From: Patescibacteria group bacterium
GTDB lineage: Bacteria; Patescibacteriota; Patescibacteriia; UBA1558
DNA: 64,000 nt
Direction of reading: 5' to 3'
Assembly (NCBI GenBank): GCA_016784445.1
Contig: JADHUR010000002.1
Location: 31,092 to 95,091, forward strand
Below the pieces are notes generated by a model. The model had not been told where the DNA came from, ran no database searches, and worked only from the letters and a program-made list of their open reading frames with translations. Below, one piece after another: positions 31,429-40,222 of the stretch. The first letter of the stretch is position 1; the number at the start of each line of letters is the position of its first letter. Position numbers and translations under genes: made by a program.

Positions 31429-32529
31429 TTATTGCCGGATCGGCATTACTATATACAAGTATCCCTCTTTATTATCCGGTACAAAAACCCCTGGAGCACC
31501 TTGATTGGAGGTTTTTATTATCACTTGTTCTGATTGTAAGTTATTTAGGCCATCAAGTAAATAGCGATAATTAAAGACTATTTCCACCTCTTCACCCTTA
31601 ATTTCGGCCCCTATATTGGTTATGTTCTCTCCTAATCCACTGTTTGTTGACAGGATAACCACTTCATTCTTTGAAGGTATAATAGTCATTTTTATATCAT
31701 TAATCCCTGTCTTACAGAACAATGCAGCACCTTTAATCGCCTTGATTAAATCCTCTGCCTTTACTCTAGTTATTGTCTTTTCGTCGCTGGGTATAATTTG
31801 TTCATAATCTGGGTAATTTCCGTCAATTAAACGAGATGTTAGAACTATATTACTTGAGCTAAACGCAACTTGATTCTCATTTAAATATAAACTAATATTC
31901 TTTTCTGTGCTGTTTGCTAATATTCTACCAAGCTCCTGAAGTGTCTTAAGTGGAATAATAATCTTCTGATCAATGCTACCATCTACCTTTATTTTCTTTT
32001 CTGCTAATCTATAACTGTCTGTTGCAGCAACTGTTAAGTCTTGACCTTTAAAGTTAAAAAATACTCCACTAATTTCTGGCCTATTATCGTCTAGCGTTGC
32101 AGCAAATACTGTTTGACTCAAAACTTCTTTAAAAGTTTGCATATCTATATTAACTTTTTTCTCTGAACTAACATCTGGTATTAGAGGGTAGTCCTCTGAA
32201 AGCATTCCTTTAATTTGAGTTTGAGAATTTTTACAACTTACATTTAGTCCATCCGTTTCTAAATCTATATCTACATTCTCATTCGGTAATAATGAAACAA
32301 AGTCAGAAAATAAACGAGCCGGAACAGTATATGAACCTTCTATTTCTATTTTTCCTCTCACCGTAACTTTGATACCAATTTCTAAGTTGGTTGTAGATAA
32401 TGTAATTATTCCATCTTTAGCATCTATTAAAACATTATTCAAGATTGGAAGGTTTGCATTATGAGAAGCTAAATGATTTACAATGTTTAAACCATTATTT
32501 AAATTTTCTCTTGTGCATATGAATTTCAT
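31429..32529 (-). CDS. dnaN: DNA polymerase III beta sliding clamp
   Basis: 366 aa with a three-domain clamp pattern; the N-terminal MKFICTRENL...NLPILNNVLI is typical of DnaN; immediately downstream of dnaA. Confidence 0.9.
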   Translation of the reverse strand: MKFICTRENLNNGLNIVNHLASHNANLPILNNVLIDAKDGIITLSTTNLEIGIKVTVRGKIEIEGSYTVPARLFSDFVSLLPNENVDIDLETDGLNVSCKNSQTQIKGMLSEDYPLIPDVSSEKKVNIDMQTFKEVLSQTVFAATLDDNRPEISGVFFNFKGQDLTVAATDSYRLAEKKIKVDGSIDQKIIIPLKTLQELGRILANSTEKNISLYLNENQVAFSSSNIVLTSRLIDGNYPDYEQIIPSDEKTITRVKAEDLIKAIKGAALFCKTGINDIKMTIIPSKNEVVILSTNSGLGENITNIGAEIKGEEVEIVFNYRYLLDGLNNLQSEQVIIKTSNQGAPGVFVPDNKEGYLYIVMPIRQ

Positions 32530-32786
32530 TATTATTATATTAATTTATTATATTTTATATAGTTATAGTAGTAAGGGCTGTTGATATGTTGATAAGCTAC
32601 TATATAGCTGTATGGGGAAGGGCTTTTATGATGGTCCTTTGAGTTGATAAACAGGGAGGAAAAATTTAATGATTTGTTAGTAACTTTTATTTTATCTTTA
32701 TCTGTGTGTATAAGTTTATTTTTATAAACAGTTATGTGTGATTTATCAACGAGGCTAGGGTTTTAATAAACAGACTTATTAACAAT
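32530..32786. promoter_or_regulatory. candidate oriC segment: DnaA-box cluster plus an AT-rich unwinding element in the dnaA-dnaN spacer
   Basis: At least five 9-mers match TTATCAACA / TGTTGATAA with zero or one mismatch, for example at 32579-32587, 32587-32595, 32643-32651 and 32748-32756. A near-pure A/T stretch lies at 32530-32570. Confidence 0.5.
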
Positions 32787-34172
32787 TTATGATGCGTATA
32801 GTTGTTGTCTTATTAATTCTATATCACTTTTTGTCTTGCTGTCATTCTTGATTTGGCCAGTTATTTTATTACATGCGTGTATTGCTGTGGTGTGATCTCT
32901 GCCTCCGAGCTCCTGCCCAATAGAAGGATATGAGCTTTTTAATTCTTCTCTCATAAGCCACATAGTAATCTGTCTTGGGAAGACTAATTCCTTTCTTCTG
33001 CTACTACCCATTAGATCTGCCATTGATATGTCGTAGAAATCAGCCACCTTTGTAGCTATCTTTTTTGGAGTTAAACCACTTTTCTTTGCACTAAGAGATA
33101 AAGAGCCTAATACACTTTTAACTGATTCTAATGTAATTTCTGAGTTGTTTAGTTGTTGATAGGCAATTATTCTGTTTAAAGCACCCTCCAATTCTCTAAT
33201 ATTGCTTTGTATGTTTTCAGAGACAAAAGCAAGTACATCTGGAGAAAGGGTAATTCCCTTTTCGTGGCACTTAGCCTCTAAAATAGCATATCTTGTTTCC
33301 ATATCAGGAGCACCAATATCTGCAATCATTCCCCATTCAAAACGAGAGATTAATCTCTGCTCAACTTCAGCAATAGCTTTTGGAGGCCTATCGGAAGTCA
33401 TAACAATCTGCTTATTCTTCTGATGCAATTCATTAAAGGTGTGAAAGAACTCTTCTTGAGTTTGTTCCTTGCCAGCTATAAATTGAATATCATCTATTAA
33501 TAATACATCAACTGTACGATAATATTTTTTCAACTCATCAGTAGTTCCCTTTTTAATTGAGTTAATAAAATCATTAACAAACTTTTCTGTATTTAAATAA
33601 ACAATTCTAATTTTCGGATCCTTAGCAAGAAGAGAGTTTCCAATAGCTTGTAATAAATGAGTTTTACCCAGTCCAACTCCTCCATATAAGAAGAGGGGGT
33701 TATATACTTCTCCTGGTTTATTAACCACTGCATTAGCAGCAGCTGTCGCTAAGTCATTTCCTTTTCCAACAATGAAAGAGTCAAACGTATATTTAGGATT
33801 TAAATTAAAATTATTTTGTGCTGGCTTAGGAGCCTCATTAGTGGAAGATTTCGATTCATCAGCTTGATCATCTTTAGTTGAATTTGCTACATGATTTTTT
33901 ATTTGATCAGGATTCTGATCTTTATTAGAAGCTACTTTATATATAACAGAATCAATTTTACCTTGGCTGCTTTTATTTAAAGCAGTTAGGATGTGATCAT
34001 GATACTTATTTTCAAGCCAAGCTTTTGTAAAGGCATTTGGCACACCAACCACTATATTACTTTCATCAACAGAGTGAATAAAAGTATTTTTAAACCAAGT
34101 AGTAAAGTTAGCTTTAGAAATTGTCAGTTCAAGTTCGCCTAGTACAGCGTCCCACAATTGATTTGTTAACAT
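32787..34172 (-). CDS. dnaA: chromosomal replication initiator DnaA
   Basis: AAA+ Walker A motif GGVGLGKTHL, the sensor and box VII regions, and a C-terminal DNA-binding helix-turn-helix. Confidence 0.95.
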   Translation of the reverse strand: MLTNQLWDAVLGELELTISKANFTTWFKNTFIHSVDESNIVVGVPNAFTKAWLENKYHDHILTALNKSSQGKIDSVIYKVASNKDQNPDQIKNHVANSTKDDQADESKSSTNEAPKPAQNNFNLNPKYTFDSFIVGKGNDLATAAANAVVNKPGEVYNPLFLYGGVGLGKTHLLQAIGNSLLAKDPKIRIVYLNTEKFVNDFINSIKKGTTDELKKYYRTVDVLLIDDIQFIAGKEQTQEEFFHTFNELHQKNKQIVMTSDRPPKAIAEVEQRLISRFEWGMIADIGAPDMETRYAILEAKCHEKGITLSPDVLAFVSENIQSNIRELEGALNRIIAYQQLNNSEITLESVKSVLGSLSLSAKKSGLTPKKIATKVADFYDISMADLMGSSRRKELVFPRQITMWLMREELKSSYPSIGQELGGRDHTTAIHACNKITGQIKNDSKTKSDIELIRQQLYAS

Positions 34173-34392
34173 TTATTTTTTTTGTTTATTAAATTAATAA
34201 CTTTTAAATAAAACGAGTGACGGTAATAATTTTAACACAAAGGGATGATTAAAAAAACATAGTTAAAAGGAGCGATTTGTTTACAACATGTTGATAATAA
34301 GTTGATAATCTTTTATGTAGGCAAGGGTCTTTACAAGACGCTAAATAGTTGGTACACTACCGTTGCAAAATTTTTTAATAATAGATTAGATA
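34173..34392. promoter_or_regulatory. divergent dnaA/rpmH control region with tandem DnaA boxes
   Basis: Direct repeat TGTTGATAAtaaGTTGATAAT around 34299-34319. Confidence 0.4.
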
Positions 34393-34545
34393 TATGCCTA
34401 AAAGAACATATCAACCTAAAAAAAGACACAGACTTAAAAAGCACGGCTTTATGGCTCGTCAGGCTACTGTTGGTGGTAAGAAAACACTAAAAAGAAGAAG
34501 AGCTAAAGGACGCGTAAAAGTTGCGGCTACAAATGAGAAAAAATA
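34393..34545 (+). CDS. rpmH: 50S ribosomal protein L34
   Basis: Hand translation gives [50 protein letters not shown]. It is missing from the ORF track because it is under 60 aa. Confidence 0.85.
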
Positions 34546-34865
34546 GTTTATCCAAAGAAAAAGATATTATACGGGCCTTAAAGGGAAGGCCCTTTTTTTC
34601 GAGCTATTTAACTATAAAAGCTAAGAAAAATAGTGAAAATAAGGAGTATAGATATACCGTTATCGTTTCAAAAAAAACGCTAAAATTAGCAGTAGATAGG
34701 AATAAATTTAAGAGAAGAGTGAGAAGTATTATATCTAAATATGCAGACTTAATAGGAAAAGAGTGGGATTTTGCTATACTGGCTAAAAAAGGAGTTGAAA
34801 AAGCTGATTTCATTACCATTCAAGAGGAAATACACAAGGGATTGAAATCTTTAAGGATTATTTAA
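34533..34865 (+). CDS. rnpA: ribonuclease P protein component
   Basis: [10 protein letters not shown] basic motif. Overlaps the rpmH stop, which is the classic rpmH-rnpA arrangement. ATG 34533 is preferred over TTG 34521. Confidence 0.8.
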   Translation: MRKNSLSKEKDIIRALKGRPFFSSYLTIKAKKNSENKEYRYTVIVSKKTLKLAVDRNKFKRRVRSIISKYADLIGKEWDFAILAKKGVEKADFITIQEEIHKGLKSLRII

Positions 34866-35107
34866 TGTTTAAGAAAATATCATTGTATTTAATAAGAGGT
34901 TATCAAAAGCTCTTATCTCCAGATACGGGTATTTTAAAGGTTTTGTTTCCATTTGGCGCTTGCCGCTATTATCCTACATGTTCTGAGTATGGCCACCAGT
35001 CAATTAAAGAACACGGGACAATCAAAGGCATTATATATACAATTTGGAGAATATTAAGATGTAACCCATTGTCAAAAGGTGGTTATGACCCTATAATTAA
35101 AAAATAA
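34865..35107 (+). CDS. yidD: membrane protein insertion efficiency factor YidD
   Basis: CRYYPTCSEYG...RILRCNPLSKGGYDP is the YidD/DUF37 signature. Confidence 0.85.
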   Translation: MFKKISLYLIRGYQKLLSPDTGILKVLFPFGACRYYPTCSEYGHQSIKEHGTIKGIIYTIWRILRCNPLSKGGYDPIIKK

Positions 35108-35115
35108 AATAAACT

Positions 35116-35859
35116 ATGCTAATAGATCTATACAATACAATACTATACGAACCATTATTTAACATTTTAATGTTTTTTTATAATGTTGTTCCAATTAAAG
35201 ATATTGGTTTTTCAATAATACTGATTACAATTCTAGTAAGACTATTACTCTACCCTCTTTCAAAAAGTTCAATACAATCACAGAAGAAGCTGCAAGAACT
35301 CAAACCTCAAATAGATGAGCTTAAAGCAAAACACAAGGATGATAAGGAAGCTTTTGGTAAGGCAACTATGGAGCTGTATAAAAGAGAGAAAATTAATCCA
35401 GCATCATCTTGCTTGCCATTATTAATTCAATTGCCAATCTTAATTGCTGTTTACCAGGTGTTCCGTTTGGGGTTGTCTAATGAATCATTTGATGTTTTAT
35501 ATTCATTTATTGCTCACCCTGGAACAATTAATAGTATGTTCTTAGGATTTGTAAATTTAGCAGAACCAAACACAATACTTGCCGTGCTTGCTGGCGCTAG
35601 TCAATATGTTCAATCTAAAATGATTATGAACATAAAAGGTGAAGAAGGAAAGCCTAAAGAAAAGAAAGAAGGTAATGAAATAATGGATTCAATGGGAAAG
35701 CAAATGCTGTACATGATGCCACTATTTACAGTTTTTATTGGAATGTCTCTGCCAAGTGGCCTTGTGCTCTATTGGCTTATATCTATTGTGTTAACAGTTC
35801 TGCAACAGTATTTAATATTTTCTAAGAAGAAAAAAGATACAATAGAAGTAATAGGATAA
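35116..35859 (+). CDS. yidC: membrane protein insertase YidC (short form)
   Basis: 247-aa YidC/Oxa1 core with 5 TM helices, in the conserved rnpA-yidD-yidC gene order. Confidence 0.8.
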   Translation: MLIDLYNTILYEPLFNILMFFYNVVPIKDIGFSIILITILVRLLLYPLSKSSIQSQKKLQELKPQIDELKAKHKDDKEAFGKATMELYKREKINPASSCLPLLIQLPILIAVYQVFRLGLSNESFDVLYSFIAHPGTINSMFLGFVNLAEPNTILAVLAGASQYVQSKMIMNIKGEEGKPKEKKEGNEIMDSMGKQMLYMMPLFTVFIGMSLPSGLVLYWLISIVLTVLQQYLIFSKKKKDTIEVIG

Positions 35860-35874
35860 ATATATTATATATTA

Positions 35875-35903
35875 AAAAAGCCGCTAAAAATAGCGGTTTT
35901 TTG
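35875..35903 (+). terminator. terminator after yidC
   Basis: Stem aagccgcta / tagcggttt followed by a T-run. Confidence 0.55.
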
Positions 35904-35918
35904 TTTATATAGACTAGT

Positions 35919-36665
35919 TTAGAATAAACGTTTATTACCAACAATAACTTTCAATTTTTTAGAAACAACGGAAACAATTGCGGGTGGTTTAAGTTTTGTG
36001 ACCTGATCTGCAATAATAAATGCACCAGGCTTAGAGCACTCAACCTTTACTTCTTTAAATGGAATAATTGTAAGATCGCTCCCCTTCTTTAAAGTATCTT
36101 TTGTTGAGTTCATTACAAGTTCAAGTTGATTATCTGTTGGATCAAAATTGAATTTAGTTTCTTCATTAGCAGTAAATATTCCTAAATTATTAAAGGAAAC
36201 AATATTTTGTGGTCCAGTAGGTTTAATTTTATAGCTTGGCATATGAACAGTAGTGTCCTCATTTTTAATAACAGCAGAATCTATAAAATAATAATTTCCG
36301 ACTTTACCAAGGTCAACATTTTTAATAATTCTTTGAGCTAAAACTTCACAGGCTGCACCAAGCGGTGGTATGCCCAATATTTTTCCTATCTTAGATTTAT
36401 TATCTACCGGCACGATACCAAGAACAACATTTTTATCGGCAACAATATTAATGATTTTTGAAAAACTTACATCATTACCAACAACCACAACAGTTTTCAC
36501 TCCTTGTTTTATTCCATCTTCAACAACCTCTGCCATGTTTTTTAAGATATTAAGCCTAACTACCCTACCCTTAATACCTAAATCTACTAAACGGTTTTCA
36601 ATTTTGTATAGTTGACTTTGATATTTCTTCTCAGTTAAAAAATTGTCGTATATGTATAAATACAT
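35919..36665 (-). CDS. NAD-kinase / diacylglycerol-kinase-fold protein with a degenerate GGDGT motif
   Basis: VVVVGNDVSF and LGIVPVDNKSKIGKILGI resemble the DAGK_cat/NadK glycine-rich loops, but the catalytic residues are altered. Confidence 0.3.
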   Translation of the reverse strand: MYLYIYDNFLTEKKYQSQLYKIENRLVDLGIKGRVVRLNILKNMAEVVEDGIKQGVKTVVVVGNDVSFSKIINIVADKNVVLGIVPVDNKSKIGKILGIPPLGAACEVLAQRIIKNVDLGKVGNYYFIDSAVIKNEDTTVHMPSYKIKPTGPQNIVSFNNLGIFTANEETKFNFDPTDNQLELVMNSTKDTLKKGSDLTIIPFKEVKVECSKPGAFIIADQVTKLKPPAIVSVVSKKLKVIVGNKRLF

Positions 36666-36676
36666 TAACTAAGAAT

Positions 36677-37072
36677 TTATTTAGTTTCTTTCTCAATCTT
36701 TTCTGGGGCTTTACTTTCAGGAACAGAAGTTACCTTACATTGTCCTATAAGTGATGCGCCCGGCTCAACTTCCAAAATCTTTGCTGAGACATTACCCTTG
36801 ATGGTTGCTGATTCTGTTATTTTTAGCTTATCTTTTACAGATACATTACCTATAACCTTTCCAGAGATATAAGCGTTCTTAGCGTCAATTTTAGCCTTTA
36901 CAACGGCTCCTTTGCCAATACGTAGATTATTAGCCGTGCTAATATTACCAACAACTTCTCCATCAATAATGATGTCGTGTTCACTATTAAAGTCACCTTC
37001 AACTCTAACCGATGGCCCAATAATAGTTTCTGCCGATTTTATATCCTTAGCTGGATTTTCTTCTTTAAACAT
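36677..37072 (-). CDS. bactofilin (polymer-forming cytoskeletal protein)
   Basis: Repetitive beta-helix pattern (G.V.G.I/V repeats) typical of the DUF583/CcmA family; 131 aa. Confidence 0.7.
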   Translation of the reverse strand: MFKEENPAKDIKSAETIIGPSVRVEGDFNSEHDIIIDGEVVGNISTANNLRIGKGAVVKAKIDAKNAYISGKVIGNVSVKDKLKITESATIKGNVSAKILEVEPGASLIGQCKVTSVPESKAPEKIEKETK

Positions 37073-37364
37073 AGGTTTTAATATATTAATTAATGTGTAT
37101 TACCCTTAGACAAATCTAAGTGAATATATTATAGTATAAACACTAAAAAAATAACAATTGATTTATGAATGATTTGTATTATAAAAAGGACTTGAGACTG
37201 ATTGCAATACTAGCGATAGTGTTTGTAGCGTTGTTTGTTATAATTAGGCAATTTATATAGTATTTACGTTTTACGACACATATAATTTAGTAAGATTAGC
37301 CAAATAAATACTATATGACAGTAGAATGTTCAAAATAGAGCATTTTTTTAATAGATTGTACCCT

Positions 37365-37439
37365 GCCCCTGTAGTTCAATGGATAGAACGGGACACTCCT
37401 AACGTCTAAATGTAGGTTCGATTCCTACCGGGGGCACCA
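37365..37439 (+). tRNA. tRNA-Arg (anticodon CCT)
   Basis: Acceptor GCCCCTG / CGGGGGC, T-arm GTAGG-TTCGATT-CCTAC, anticodon loop CTCCTAA. There is one A.C mismatch in the anticodon stem. Confidence 0.75.
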
Positions 37440-37465
37440 GAAAAGCACCAAGGGGTGTTTTTTTT

Positions 37466-37479
37466 GTTCTACGTGGAAC
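37466..37479. promoter_or_regulatory. near-palindromic box GTTCTACGTGGAAC, copy 1
   Basis: Lies immediately after the tRNA-Arg terminator T-run and upstream of the 37550 gene. Its exact reverse complement occurs at 38039-38052. Confidence 0.35.
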
Positions 37480-37549
37480 AATTTGCAGTTTGTTTAAATA
37501 TATGATTAACTAAGCTTAACGTACGTTAATAATTTGAAAAGGAGAATAT

Positions 37550-37999
37550 ATGAGCGAAAATAGCGATTTATTACGAAATGAGCTAGCTGACCTTATTTCA
37601 GCTGGAGCCATTTTTTTAGCACTTTTACTCCTTGTGGGTTTGGGTGGGTTCATTTCTGGGGAGTTCAATAATGTGTCATATTCTACACCCCTTACAATTG
37701 CGCTGATTATGTATGCAGTAAATATTATTTTTAAATTTTCTAAATACCCGTTTAGGTTATCTAGTTTAGGTTATTATGGAATTTGCATGGGAATATGTAT
37801 AAGCGCGTTGACTTCATACGTTATGGGGCAACAGCCTGCATCACTAATTTTTATAATTTTCGCTGCAATATTAATACTATTAGCTGTATATAGGAAAATT
37901 TACACACTTAACCTTGAAAAGCCAACATTGTATATAAATGTTGCGCTTGAGTCTGCAGTGGTTGCGTTGTTTGTTTTTTTGTATGTGACCCTCTTTTAA
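37550..37999 (+). CDS. hypothetical membrane protein (4 TM)
   Basis: 149-aa hydrophobic ORF, flanked by the inverted 14-bp boxes and by terminators. Confidence 0.45.
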   Translation: MSENSDLLRNELADLISAGAIFLALLLLVGLGGFISGEFNNVSYSTPLTIALIMYAVNIIFKFSKYPFRLSSLGYYGICMGICISALTSYVMGQQPASLIFIIFAAILILLAVYRKIYTLNLEKPTLYINVALESAVVALFVFLYVTLF

Positions 38000-38000
38000 A

Positions 38001-38038
38001 GCACATTAGCCCCTATTGATAATCATAGGGGCTTTTAT
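38001..38038 (+). terminator. terminator after the 37550 gene
   Basis: Stem agcccctat / ataggggct followed by ttttat. Confidence 0.55.
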
Positions 38039-38052
38039 GTTCCACGTAGAAC
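38039..38052. promoter_or_regulatory. near-palindromic box GTTCCACGTAGAAC, copy 2
   Basis: Exact reverse complement of copy 1; sits 4 nt upstream of the -35 element of the tRNA-Ala promoter. Confidence 0.35.
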
Positions 38053-38056
38053 ATTA

Positions 38057-38085
38057 TTGACCAAGTTATATATATAACATATAAT
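38057..38085 (+). promoter_or_regulatory. consensus promoter TTGACC-17-TATAAT driving tRNA-Ala
   Basis: Hexamers at 38057-38062 and 38080-38085. Confidence 0.55.
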
Positions 38086-38102
38086 TTTCCAGTCAGTTAT
38101 TT

Positions 38103-38179
38103 GGGCCCGTAGCTCAGTTGGTTAGAGCGCTTGCATGGCATGCAAGAGGTCGCTGGTTCGAATCCAGTCGGGTCCACCA
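38103..38179 (+). tRNA. tRNA-Ala (anticodon GGC) with the G3:U70 identity pair
   Basis: Acceptor GGGCCCG / CGGGTCC, anticodon loop ATGGCAT, T-loop TTCGAAT, CCA encoded. Confidence 0.85.
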
Positions 38180-38217
38180 CCTATTTGGTGGTTTTTTTAT
38201 TAGCTAAATTATGATAT

Positions 38218-38475
38218 TATTCAAATGTTCATTGTGCTGAAAGGCTAAATAGGTAGGGTAGTTTAAAATTACCAAAAATAACAGCTTGATCTGGAGCTGT
38301 GCTGAAGCCTAAAGGGAGGCAAGAAGGTCAACCCAGACTAGAAGCTAAGGTAAAATTTCATTTTAAGAATACCGAAGCTCTAGGTGACACATGACAACGG
38401 ACAGTCATTATATGGTCGCGGTAGGCCAATGAACATTTTTAAGAGCCATCACAAAGGTGGCTCTTTTCATTTGTC
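38218..38475 (+). ncRNA. candidate structured ncRNA or long regulatory leader of unknown family
   Basis: About 250 nt without any ORF. The 5' tgttcattg and the 3' caatgaaca can pair at long range. Several internal hairpins and a repeated gtgctgaa motif are present. The region ends in an intrinsic terminator (agagccatc / ggtggctct followed by tttt). Confidence 0.3.
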
Positions 38476-38527
38476 TTAGAATCCTATTCGACATATAATT
38501 GGTATACTAAATTTTTAAAATTATATT

Positions 38528-38977
38528 ATGTATTTTCCATCTCACGTTGCAGCGGGACTTGTTATTGGTAAATTGACAGGTGACTATACAACTGCTGTCA
38601 TTGCGTCTGTGTTTCCAGACACAGATCATCTCTATGCTTTTTTTAAGCACGGTTATTTTAAGAACTGGAAAAAGTTTATTGATACTGTAGTTAGGAAAGA
38701 GGATCCGTTTGATGATCAAAGAAATTATTTTCATAACATTTTTATAGCAATGGGGTTTTGGATTATTGTAATGCTTATAAACTTTCAAGTGGGCCTAGTA
38801 TTTTCAATTGCATATTTTGTTCACCTAGTATTTGATTCATTAGACGGAGCGGAATATTATCCCTTATACCCAAATAAGAAAATAAATCTTAAAGGACCGA
38901 TTGGATATTTTTCAAAGTATGACATGGCTGTTAGTATATTTCTAATTATAGTATTTGTAGCTTTGACCCTTATATAA
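38528..38977 (+). CDS. membrane-bound metal-dependent hydrolase-like protein (YdjM/DUF457-like)
   Basis: N-terminal ...PSHVAAGLVIG and a conserved-looking VHLVFDSLDG, with 3-4 TM helices. Confidence 0.4.
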   Translation: MYFPSHVAAGLVIGKLTGDYTTAVIASVFPDTDHLYAFFKHGYFKNWKKFIDTVVRKEDPFDDQRNYFHNIFIAMGFWIIVMLINFQVGLVFSIAYFVHLVFDSLDGAEYYPLYPNKKINLKGPIGYFSKYDMAVSIFLIIVFVALTLI

Positions 38978-38978
38978 T

Positions 38979-39007
38979 TTGACATATATACCCCCAGGGG
39001 GTATAAT
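38979..39007 (+). promoter_or_regulatory. consensus promoter TTGACA-17-TATAAT carrying a CsoR-type operator palindrome in its spacer and -10 region
   Basis: ATACCCCCAGGGGGTAT (38988-39004) is a perfect 17-bp palindrome. The -10 element ends 6 nt before the ATG at 39014, which implies a leaderless mRNA. Confidence 0.6.
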
Positions 39008-39013
39008 ACTTTT

Positions 39014-39271
39014 ATGGTAAAAAAAGATATAGAAAATAAGAAATTGAAGTCTAGAGTAGCCCGTATAAAGGGGCAGCTTAATGGCTTAGAACAAATGCTA
39101 GATGATAAAAAAGATTGTCTTGAAATATTGAATCAATTAGCAGCTATTAAAGGTGCCTTGTCTGCCTTGGGACTTGCCATAACCGAAGAAGAAACAGGAT
39201 GCTTACGAATTCATAAGGGGGATGAAAAAAAACTTCAAGATATATTAAATAGATTTTTAAAAATTAATTAA
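39014..39271 (+). CDS. CsoR/RcnR/FrmR-family (DUF156) metal- or thiol-sensing transcriptional repressor
   Basis: 85-aa all-helical protein. The RIKGQLNGLEQML segment matches the family N-terminus. Candidate ligand residues are Cys35, Cys63 and His67 (C-x27-C-x3-H). Confidence 0.75.
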   Translation: MVKKDIENKKLKSRVARIKGQLNGLEQMLDDKKDCLEILNQLAAIKGALSALGLAITEEETGCLRIHKGDEKKLQDILNRFLKIN

Positions 39272-39275
39272 GATT

Positions 39276-40199
39276 ATGAATAAATATGATGTAATAATTA
39301 TTGGCTCAGGGCCAGCTGGTTATTCAGCTGCTATTTATACAACAAGAGCTGAACTTAAAACCTTAATTCTACTTGGTGCTGAAGTCGGGGGACAATTAAC
39401 AACTACTACTGATGTGGAAAATTATCCGGGTTTTCCAGAGGGAATTATGGGGCCAGAATTAATGATGAAAATGAAAGAGCAGGCAGAAAGATTTGGAGCA
39501 GAAACAGTAAGTAAAACAGCAACTAATATAGAAGTAAAAGGAGAAAAAGATTTTATTGTAAAAACAGAAGATGAAAGTTATGCAGCAAAGTCTATTATCA
39601 TTGCAACAGGTGCTTCAGCTAAGTGGCTAGGACTTGAAAGTGAACAAAAATTAAGAGGTCATGGAGTGTCAGCTTGTGCAACTTGTGACGGTTTCTTTTT
39701 TAAAGGGAAAACAATAGCAGTAGTAGGAGCTGGAGATGCTGCTATGGAAGAAGCAAATTTTTTAACAACTTTTGCTACAAAGGTTTATCTACTTGTTCGT
39801 AAAAGTAAAGATGAAATGAAGGCCAGTAAGATTATGCAAGAACGTGCACTTAATAATCCAAAGATTGAGTTTGTTTTTAATACAGAAGTAAAAGAAGTTT
39901 TAGGTGAGAATAAAGTATCTGGGGTTAGGGTTATTAATAATAAAACTAAAGAAGAGAAAGAAATAGAGCTAGAAGGCTTATTTATTGCTATTGGACACAA
40001 GCCTAATACAGATTTTTTAAAGGATGTGGTAAAATTAGACAGCAAAGGCTATCTTGAGATTACAGATAATACAAAGACAAGTCAGGAGGGTATTTTTGCT
40101 GGCGGAGATGTAGCAGATTATAGATATCGCCAGGCAATAACGGCTGCTGGTACCGGATGTATGGCGTCTCTGGATGTAATAAACTATTTAAGTAAATAA
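39276..40199 (+). CDS. trxB: thioredoxin-disulfide reductase
   Basis: GSGPAG FAD-binding motif, CATCDG redox-active disulfide, and a GAGDAAMEEA NADPH-binding motif. Confidence 0.92.
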   Translation: MNKYDVIIIGSGPAGYSAAIYTTRAELKTLILLGAEVGGQLTTTTDVENYPGFPEGIMGPELMMKMKEQAERFGAETVSKTATNIEVKGEKDFIVKTEDESYAAKSIIIATGASAKWLGLESEQKLRGHGVSACATCDGFFFKGKTIAVVGAGDAAMEEANFLTTFATKVYLLVRKSKDEMKASKIMQERALNNPKIEFVFNTEVKEVLGENKVSGVRVINNKTKEEKEIELEGLFIAIGHKPNTDFLKDVVKLDSKGYLEITDNTKTSQEGIFAGGDVADYRYRQAITAAGTGCMASLDVINYLSK

Positions 40200-40222
40200 A
40201 TTAAAAATTAAGAAAAAATATT

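Noticed and set aside
34302-34490. 62-aa ORF in the ORF track
   Set aside because: It overlaps rpmH out of frame. The rpmH frame encodes a perfect L34 sequence, so this ORF is spurious.
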